DNA of 38,982 nt, taken from the NCBI GenBank assembly GCA_964373775.1, contig CAYJWA010000002.1, forward strand, positions 1 through 38,982, read 5' to 3'. The first letter of the stretch is position 1. The number at the start of each line of letters is the position of its first letter. The position numbers and the translations under genes were made by a program. Positions 1 through 5,429 of the stretch are shown here, in pieces. The notes under the pieces were generated by a model that worked only from the letters and a program-made list of their open reading frames with translations, made no database searches and was not told the DNA's origin. This DNA comes from an uncultured Candidatus Saccharibacteria bacterium. GTDB taxonomy: Bacteria > Patescibacteriota > Minisyncoccia > Phycocordibacterales > UBA10002.

Positions 1-55
1 TACCAAAAGCGGTAGATACACTTGACGAATGGTGCACACGAATTTTAGGAAGGCG
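1..55. repeat. Terminal direct repeat. Nt 1-55 recur at 38928-38982 (54/55 identical) and belong to a 42-bp-period tandem repeat.
   Basis: Direct reading: taccaaaagcggtagatacacttgacgaatggtgcacRcgaattttaggaaggcg at both window ends. An extra partial unit lies at 38896-38927. Confidence 0.9.
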
Positions 56-212
56 TACACGAATGGGGGACACCCTGCGCTCCCTGCCCGTGCGTGTCCG
101 CACGCAGGCGGGCGCGCAGGGTCATTCGGGGCGGCCCGCAGGCAGGCGCCCTGCGGTGCCGCTCTCAATTTTTACTTTTCGCATACCCGCAGTGTATCAA
201 AAAGCGATTGAT

Positions 213-252
213 AAAAAAAAGAGGACCTCGGTACCGAAGTGTACCGAGGTCC
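213..252 (-). terminator. Intrinsic terminator (minus strand)
   Basis: 12-bp perfect stem ggacctcggtac / gtaccgaggtcc (223-234 / 241-252), 6-nt loop, and an A8 run at 213-220 that gives U8 on the minus-strand RNA. Confidence 0.8.
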
Positions 253-377
253 CGCATCGTATGGGACCCGACAAAATAAGGGATGTGTCCAGCAAGCGCG
301 TCAAGGAGGTAAGGGTGGGGAACCCTATTGAGGAAACGCGGCCTGCCAGACACAAAAGTCGTTGGAAGAGCGATTCA
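213..377 (-). ncRNA. Candidate small RNA (~165 nt), family unknown
   Basis: Bounded by the promoter at 384-412 and the terminator at 213-252. No plausible ORF. Contains ACCUCCUU, the same string as the 16S rRNA 3' anti-SD tail. Confidence 0.4.
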
Positions 378-383
378 GTACTC

Positions 384-412
384 ACTCTACTCCCCTGCCG
401 GTCTTTTGTCAA
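384..412 (-). promoter_or_regulatory. Sigma70-like promoter, TTGACA-N17-TAGAGT
   Basis: Minus strand reads ttgaca (412-407), a 17-nt spacer, then tagagt (389-384). Confidence 0.5.
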
Positions 413-615
413 AGGAAAGCCGGTGCTGCGGAAACATACAGAGGGAAGAATGATTCTTGGGCAAACTTTCTCTACAGGATTTACGCGCACCGGCAAGTGA
501 AAGCGCCAGCGCCTCTTCGCCCCGCGGTGGGTATTCCGAAACACCCGCCGAAAGGTCTGAACAAGACGCTGGCTAAATTGCTCTGCACTCTATTTTGCAC
601 AACAGCGGTTTTTTG

Positions 616-819
616 TCAATCTCCTATTTTACAAGGTCGGACCTTGTAATGTTTGCGGAGAATGAGAGACACAGACGGTCGTGATGCTGAGGACATTTGC
701 CGTTGTCGGCAATGATCAGTGCAATAGTACCCGCCATGGATATGCAGCATTTCTTCTGCGGGACGGCTGACCGTGCAACGAAAATTACTGCACGGTACGA
801 ATACAACTTTCATCTTCAT
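616..819 (-). CDS. Small YHS/TRASH-like putative metal-binding protein (67 aa)
   Basis: ATG at 819 is preceded by GAAGGA 5-6 nt upstream. MKMKVVFVPCSNFRC...HIHGGYYCTDHCRQ resembles the YHS pattern (Cys ... G-x-YY-x-C-x3-C). The last ~10 aa are encoded by the 21-bp palindrome at 629-649. Confidence 0.45.
   Translation of the reverse strand: MKMKVVFVPCSNFRCTVSRPAEEMLHIHGGYYCTDHCRQRQMSSASRPSVSLILRKHYKVRPCKIGD
629..649. repeat. Palindrome family member (TTACAAGGTCGGACCTTGTAA)
   Basis: Perfect palindrome. The core TACAAGGTC-S-GACCTTGTA also occurs at 5934, 5989 (1 mismatch), 10876 and 10932. Confidence 0.9.
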
Positions 820-924
820 AGTTTTCCTTCTGTTGGGGTTCGCAAAGAACAAATTTGTCGGCTCGGATACGGCATCCGAGCTGTTGAAAGCCGTTGTTGG
901 CTTTTACCTCTCGTCTACAGAACG

Positions 925-953
925 AAAAAACCAACCTCTAAGGTTGGTTTTTT
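925..953. terminator. Bidirectional intrinsic terminator
   Basis: A6-aaccaacct-cta-aggttggtt-T6: a 9-bp stem flanked by A and T runs. Confidence 0.75.
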
Positions 954-1096
954 CGTTGGTATCTTACTTACATCTTCAATCTGTCATCTTACATCTGGCG
1001 CAGCCAACGCAAAAATCAGCCCTTGAGGAAGGTTTTTATACTCATCGTCATCATCATTGCCTTGCGGGATGCGTTGGACTGTTTCGTATGCATTGT
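925..1096 (-). ncRNA. Candidate small transcript (~170 nt): sRNA or near-leaderless mRNA for a 25-aa peptide
   Basis: Promoter at 1103-1130 and terminator at 925-953. An ATG at 1093 lies 10 nt after the -10 hexamer and opens MHTKQSNASRKAMMMTMSIKTFLKG (1016-1093). Confidence 0.4.
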
Positions 1097-1102
1097 ATCT
1101 TC

Positions 1103-1130
1103 AGTATAGCAACCGGCACTTTCTTGTCAA
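1103..1130 (-). promoter_or_regulatory. Near-consensus sigma70-like promoter, TTGACA-N16-TATACT
   Basis: Minus strand reads ttgaca (1130-1125), a 16-nt spacer, then tatact (1108-1103). Confidence 0.65.
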
Positions 1131-1137
1131 TAGTCGC

Positions 1138-1275
1138 GGAAAAGAACAAAACACAGTACATCTACCCTTCGGGGATCTCCCGAAGGGAGACAAAAATTTG
1201 ACGGACTAAAGAAGATTTGTTTTCTGAAAGGGTTTGCGCTTTGTTTGGACACTGGGTTGTTTGTGTTTTGGGCAG
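1138..1275 (+). repeat. Long structured palindromic element, copy 1 (5' arm shorter)
   Basis: Shares the core aaaacacagtacatctacccttcggggatctcccgaagggagacaaaaa and the tgtgttttgg 3' arm with copies at 20077-20266 and 23570-23726. Confidence 0.8.
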
Positions 1276-1393
1276 TTTGAAGCTTTGCGCCCTGTGGATA
1301 AATCGGCTTTCTATTGCGGTGCAAGGGAATATAATGGCCACATACAAAAAGGGTCGCTTAATCTTTTATCTTTTACGAGAGCAAGGTATTTTT

Positions 1394-3022
1394 ATGCATA
1401 AGAAAAACATCTCAATTGCGCTCGCATTTCTTGGCGCCACAGTAGCAATCGGGTGCGGCGCCACGGTCGCGTTTGCGCAGGAAGGGGGAATGCCTCCGTC
1501 CCCTTCGTCTAGTGGAGGTAGCGGTTTTACCTCTCCTTCTTCAGAGCCAATGATTCAACCCGCGCCGAGGATGGAACCGGTTCCGATGATGGATGGAGGG
1601 GGCGGGAATATGCCGCCTCCGCCGGAACGGCCGAATGTGGGACTGCCTTCGGATGGCAGAATGGCGCCGTTTTCACCACGGGGAGATTTTCGCCAGGAGC
1701 AGAAGCCATATCCTGCATCAGAGGCAGAGGTGCGCGCGCGGGTAACTGAAGATATGACCCGGAAGATTACTGAACAGATGACCGAGAAAATTCGGAGCAG
1801 ATATGAAGGGCAGAGACATCCTTCGTCAGGGGAGATGATGCAGAATCAGCAAGGTAGGACCGCTTCGCCGGAGCGACAGCGAGGCGAGCCTTTTGAAGGA
1901 GAGAGATTTATGCCGCCATCCCAAGGGAAAGGACAGCCGTTTATGGGTGGAGGGGATTTCCGCCCGCCCTCCCAAGGAAGCGGTCAGCCGTTTGAGGACG
2001 GCGGGTTTGGTCCGCCGGGGAATTTTGGTCCGGGCGGAGGCGGAAGAGAATTCGGTCCCAGCGGCTTTGGGGGTTCCTGGGGACCGGGCGGCGATGGAGA
2101 GGGAGGTGGATTCAGCGGTCCGAGTGAGGAAGAAATGGGTCAGATGATGGAGGAGCGGGAGAAACAGATGAAGATGCAGCAACTCGCACAAATGAGGCGC
2201 GGCTTCGGCGGCATGGAATCAGGTCTTCGGCAAGTCAAAAAAGTCATTGACCGTTTAATCAAGAAAGGGGTGGCAGTTCCGCAGGAGTATGTCTCATTGG
2301 TGGACGATTTGACGCGGGCAGTGGAAGTGGTGAAGAACGCGGAAGATTTTGACGAGACCGTAGAAGCCGCCATGGAGGTCTTGCAGGAGAAAGGACCGGA
2401 ACTGGGGGATATTGGACCGCGGCTCGGCATGCTGGAGCAATGGCCAAAGGTTCTCTCGCAGGCGGAGAAACAGGTGAAGCGTTTGGAGAGCGTTCTTGCG
2501 AAGACCAAAAAGAGAAAAGGTACGGCAGAGTACGCGGACATTGTCGCAAAGGTGGAAGCGCGCGTTGGCGGCATTCGCTCCCGATACGAAGAAATCAGGC
2601 GCGCGGGCGAGTCCGGCGATTTTGAAGAGGCAATGGACAGCATGCAGGAGTTCTTTGAGGATATCGGAGACGCGCACCGCGAGGTGGGCGTGCTTGACCA
2701 GTTGGGCAATATCGCAAAGATGATTCGCTCCGGCGAGAAGGAGATTGCGAGTTTTGAGAAACAGGTGAAGCGTTTGGAGAAAAGAGGAATTAACGCAAGT
2801 TCCGTTACCGCTTTGATTGCGGAAGGGCGCGCAAAACTTGCGGAGTTGAAAGCGCTCGGCAAGAATGCGGATGCGGAGCCGGAGGACTTCTTTGCGATTA
2901 TGCAGGAGTTGGACGAGCTCCGGCAGCGGGCAACCGATGAGTTTAATCTTCTTCAGGGCCGCGGAGCATCGCAGGAGGGCGCGGTTATCCGTTCGCTCAT
3001 TGAGTTGCGGGAGGGGAGGTAG
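1394..3022 (+). CDS. Secreted protein with a Gly/Pro/Met-rich low-complexity region and a C-terminal coiled-coil region
   Basis: MHKKNISIALAFLGATVAIGCGATVAFAQ looks like a signal peptide. Repeats PPSQG(K/S)GQPF and EKQVKRLE(S/K) are present. Alternative start ATG at 1334. No family recognised. Confidence 0.7.
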   Translation: MHKKNISIALAFLGATVAIGCGATVAFAQEGGMPPSPSSSGGSGFTSPSSEPMIQPAPRMEPVPMMDGGGGNMPPPPERPNVGLPSDGRMAPFSPRGDFRQEQKPYPASEAEVRARVTEDMTRKITEQMTEKIRSRYEGQRHPSSGEMMQNQQGRTASPERQRGEPFEGERFMPPSQGKGQPFMGGGDFRPPSQGSGQPFEDGGFGPPGNFGPGGGGREFGPSGFGGSWGPGGDGEGGGFSGPSEEEMGQMMEEREKQMKMQQLAQMRRGFGGMESGLRQVKKVIDRLIKKGVAVPQEYVSLVDDLTRAVEVVKNAEDFDETVEAAMEVLQEKGPELGDIGPRLGMLEQWPKVLSQAEKQVKRLESVLAKTKKRKGTAEYADIVAKVEARVGGIRSRYEEIRRAGESGDFEEAMDSMQEFFEDIGDAHREVGVLDQLGNIAKMIRSGEKEIASFEKQVKRLEKRGINASSVTALIAEGRAKLAELKALGKNADAEPEDFFAIMQELDELRQRATDEFNLLQGRGASQEGAVIRSLIELREGR

Positions 3023-3075
3023 ACGGGTAGTCTGTCAGTTGATAAGTTGATGCAACGGGAGGTAATAAAGTATTG

Positions 3076-3113
3076 AATACTCCCCCGTCCGCCGCAACGG
3101 ACGGGGGAGTATT
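3076..3113 (+). terminator. Hairpin terminator after the secreted-protein gene
   Basis: 16-bp perfect stem aatactcccccgtccg / cggacgggggagtatt with loop ccgcaa. The T tract is weak. Confidence 0.55.
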
Positions 3114-3157
3114 GCGTTTGCGGAATACACGGAATAAGAACATGGTAGAACATATCA

Positions 3158-3215
3158 AATTACACCACATCCTCTCTCCGTCAACATCGGGTGTTGACGG
3201 AGATGAGGGTCTTCA
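3158..3215. repeat. MITE-like element, partial copy related to the in-frame element in tgt (7163-7228)
   Basis: aaattacaccacatcctctc...aacatcgggtgtt matches the reverse complement of the tgt element. Internal 11-bp hairpin ctccgtcaaca / tgttgacggag. Confidence 0.7.
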
Positions 3216-3219
3216 ATGA

Positions 3220-3303
3220 TGGGCGAGGTGGGACTTGAACCCACAGTTCCTTTCGGAGCACGGTCCTAAGCCGTGTGCGTTTAGCCAATTTCGCCACTCG
3301 CCC
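3220..3303 (-). tRNA. tRNA-Leu (anticodon UAG), class II with a long variable arm
   Basis: Reverse complement GGGCGAGTGGCGAAATTGGCTAAACGCACACGGCTTAGGACCGTGCTCCGAAAGGAACTGTGGGTTCAAGTCCCACCTCGCCCA. Folds as acceptor 7 bp, anticodon loop CTTAGGA and T-loop TTCAAGT. CCA is not encoded. Confidence 0.9.
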
Positions 3304-3365
3304 AAGGTTAATGTAAACCCAGCACCAGGGTCATCACTGGGCATTTTCATCTTTCAATTACCCTG

Positions 3366-3501
3366 TCCGCCCAGTAGGATTCGAAACTTACCGTTTCAGT
3401 ACCCCGATTGGTTTTTCTGTTCGTTCGCCGCGGGCGGACTCCAAAAAAGCTCAATCGGGCTTCAAATCCTACACGAAAGCGCCCCGCGCTTTCTTGGGCG
3501 G
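3366..3501 (-). pseudogene. tRNA-Lys-derived tRNA-like structured element (relic or ncRNA)
   Basis: The 3' 22 nt are identical to the tRNA-Lys 3' end, and the 5' end UCCGCCCA pairs with it. The interior is not a cloverleaf but has several helices. Confidence 0.4.
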
Positions 3502-3515
3502 ACGCGCTTCGCTTG

Positions 3516-3588
3516 TCCGCCCAGTAGGATTCGAACCTACGACCCTCCGCTTAAGAGGCGGGTGCTCTACCAACTGAGCTATGGGCGG
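3516..3588 (-). tRNA. tRNA-Lys (anticodon CUU)
   Basis: Reverse complement CCGCCCATAGCTCAGTTGGTAGAGCACCCGCCTCTTAAGCGGAGGGTCGTAGGTTCGAATCCTACTGGGCGGA. Canonical D and T arms, anticodon loop CTCTTAA, and an unusual C1-G72 pair. Confidence 0.9.
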
Positions 3589-3696
3589 CTACATCATCCG
3601 CGGCGGATGATCGCCCGACCAAAACAAAGTTTTGGTTTAGGGTTTTCTGCTGCGAATAGGTTATAACACAAAAAGACCGAAAATTGAACCTGTGGA

Positions 3697-3723
3697 TTGC
3701 GGCCGCGACCGTTGTGCTATACT
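3697..3723 (+). promoter_or_regulatory. Possible rnpB promoter (TTGCGG-N15-TATACT)
   Basis: -10 TATACT at 3718-3723. The -35 is weak and the spacer is short. Confidence 0.35.
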
Positions 3724-3730
3724 TATCCGC

Positions 3731-4122
3731 AGCCCATTAGGAGTTAATTTCACCCACACACCTTGATGGAAAGTTCTGTGCCTCACGCGAGGTTAGGATT
3801 TTTTTAGCATTCACCACGAGTTTTAGTGAACAGGTCAAGGTGCCGGGGTTCACGACCATGTTGGGCGGACACTAATTCCAACAAAGAGACAGTTCGCTGT
3901 CTCTTTGTTGTTTTTGAGATATACATACCAATCCCAATAGTAGAGCGGAGCTCGCTACGGGACAGGTATACGAATCCGCCGCGGCGGACGAATCAACCTA
4001 TGTCCGACCGGGTCGAACAGGTCTAGGACGAATGGCTACGCATGATGCAGGCATAGGTAACTTCTGAGCGGTCGCACAGAAGTTGCATATATTAGATTTG
4101 TTTGAGATAACTCATTAGGGGG
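3731..4122 (+). ncRNA. rnpB: RNase P RNA (bacterial type A-like, divergent). Boundaries +/- 30 nt.
   Basis: Ordered matches to remembered M1 RNA motifs: GAUGGAAAGUUC (cf GAGGAAAGUCC), CAAGGUGCC, CACGACCA, CAACAAAGAGACA (cf CAACAGAGAGCA), CCCAAUAG, CUAGGACGAAUGGCU (cf CUAGAUGAAUGACU) and GCACAGAAGUU, which is complementary to AAGUUCUGUGC at 3771-3781 (P4-like). Ends CCC-AUUAG-GAGUUA / UAACUC-AUUAG-GGG can pair (P1/P2-like). Confidence 0.7.
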
Positions 4123-4166
4123 AACCGCACGGGTGAATTCTCCGCGGTGTCGCTCTCAAACTTTAC

Positions 4167-5378
4167 ATGGATGACATACAGCTTCCCGAGCCGCAGGCAA
4201 GACACGGGGAAACCGCGTGCCCGTATTGCGGGGACAGTCCAATCCGGCATTTTGAAACCTTTGTGAGCGAGAGCATAGCAAGCGCCGCGAACCAGTGGCT
4301 GTCGTTTCCGGGCATGCGCGCGCTCCACGGATTTGTGGACAGGGTCTCTCTCGGCTTTGCGCGGTTCTTTATTTTTCTGTTCCGCGCGATTGGCGCCGCT
4401 TCTTTTTCGCGCGACATTTTGCGCGCCAGGACTTTGCGCTCCGCGCTCATTTGGCGGGAAGCGCGCAGGCGCGGCATCGCGATGGAGCAATGTATTGCAT
4501 GGGGAAAGCCGACCGAGTGGTACCGCGCCCGACTTCGCGGGAGGTGGCGCTATTTTGAGAGCATTCCGCTTCCGCCTGCGCTTTCGCGCAGGGGGCACGA
4601 GTGGCTTGATGATAAGCACTTGGTTAAGGAGAAATTGCGACGGGCTGGGATTCCCGTTCCGCGCTCGGTTGTTGTAAAAAGCGCGCGCGCCGCCCGCGCC
4701 GCGTTTTTGCATCTTGGCGCGCCGGTTGTGGTAAAACCCTGCACGGGTTCGCGCGGCAGGCATACGACTGTTTTTGTGCCGGATGTTGCTTCATTAGAAA
4801 AAGCGTTTTGGCGTGCGCAAAGAATCAATCATTTTGTCGTCATTGAGGAGTATCTTTCGGGAAGCGTCTGCCGCGGAACCACTGTTGCCGGAGTGCTTCG
4901 CGGATTTCTGAAAGCCGACCCTCCGATTGTTGTGGGAGATGGGAAGCGCACCCTTGCGAAACTGATAGCGGAGAAAAACCGCACCCGTCCAAAGCGGGTT
5001 GCGGAGGTGCTTATCCGCCCGGAACTGACAGAGTTTGTGGCGAGGCAGGGATATGCGCTTTCTGCTGTGCTTCCACAAGGGCAGCGGTTGCCGCTTCTCT
5101 TTCGCACCGGACGGCTTTTTGGCGGCAGAACGCGTGAGATGCTTTCTGAAGTGCACCCCGAGTTTCGCGCCGCGCTCGAGAAGGCAGGGAGAGTCGCGGA
5201 TGCTCCCGTGGTCGGTTTTGATGTTATTATTCCTGACCCAACGCGCGCGCCCGCGGGACAGAAATGGGGAGTTATAGAGGGGAACAGTTTGCCTTTTATT
5301 GACCTGCACGATTTTTCGTTGGAAGGCGCGCCCGCCAATGTCGCCTCCCATATCTGGGATTTGTGGGAGCGGGGATGA
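4167..5378 (+). CDS. ATP-grasp protein resembling the N-terminal/ATP-grasp part of cyanophycin synthetase (CphA). No Mur-ligase-like domain.
   Basis: Motif order VVVKPCTGSRGRHTTV, VVIEEYLSG, PPIVVGDGKRTLAKLIAEKNRTRP, FRTGRLFGG, VHPEF, VGFDVIIPD and IEGNSLPFIDLH matches the remembered CphA ATP-grasp layout. N-terminus has CPYC and one hydrophobic helix. Confidence 0.7.
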   Translation: MDDIQLPEPQARHGETACPYCGDSPIRHFETFVSESIASAANQWLSFPGMRALHGFVDRVSLGFARFFIFLFRAIGAASFSRDILRARTLRSALIWREARRRGIAMEQCIAWGKPTEWYRARLRGRWRYFESIPLPPALSRRGHEWLDDKHLVKEKLRRAGIPVPRSVVVKSARAARAAFLHLGAPVVVKPCTGSRGRHTTVFVPDVASLEKAFWRAQRINHFVVIEEYLSGSVCRGTTVAGVLRGFLKADPPIVVGDGKRTLAKLIAEKNRTRPKRVAEVLIRPELTEFVARQGYALSAVLPQGQRLPLLFRTGRLFGGRTREMLSEVHPEFRAALEKAGRVADAPVVGFDVIIPDPTRAPAGQKWGVIEGNSLPFIDLHDFSLEGAPANVASHIWDLWERG

Positions 5379-5429
5379 GTTCCGCAGCTCGTCCGCGGCA
5401 GACGGACGGTAGTGTGCTACACTGTCAGT

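Noticed and set aside
380-470. Cobalamin riboswitch (strings AGACCGGCAGG and GGAAAGCCGGUG resemble B12-box and core motifs)
   Set aside because: The motifs are in the wrong relative order and orientation for either strand. The B12 box does not match (GACCGGCA vs GACCUGCC). There is no regulated downstream gene.
63-544. ORFs 63-500 (+) and 197-544 (-) as protein genes
   Set aside because: The translations are Arg/Pro-rich and run through a 12-bp-stem terminator hairpin and GC-rich hairpins. No family resemblance was found. The region is better explained by non-coding RNA and repeat structure.
2140-2862. Long antisense ORFs in the track (e.g. 2140-2862 -, 4092-4763 -, 4794-5570 -, 16305-17042 -, 20295-21287 -, 22926-23579 -, 31808-32326 -, 34784-35263 -)
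   Set aside because: Each lies entirely opposite a gene with clear family motifs. Their translations are Arg/Ser/Pro-rich and low-complexity with no recognisable motifs, which is typical of shadow ORFs in GC-biased coding DNA.
3235-3666. 143-aa ORF overlapping the tRNA cluster
   Set aside because: It is the antisense translation of tRNA-Leu, the tRNA-like element and tRNA-Lys.
3879-3915. Stand-alone intrinsic terminator (14-bp stem, UUCG loop, U5) splitting the 3731-4122 region into two units
   Set aside because: RNase P-like motifs continue in the correct order on both sides, and the 5' P4-like strand pairs with 4069-4079. It is therefore provisionally interpreted as an internal helix of rnpB. 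This remains a caveat to test by RNA-seq.
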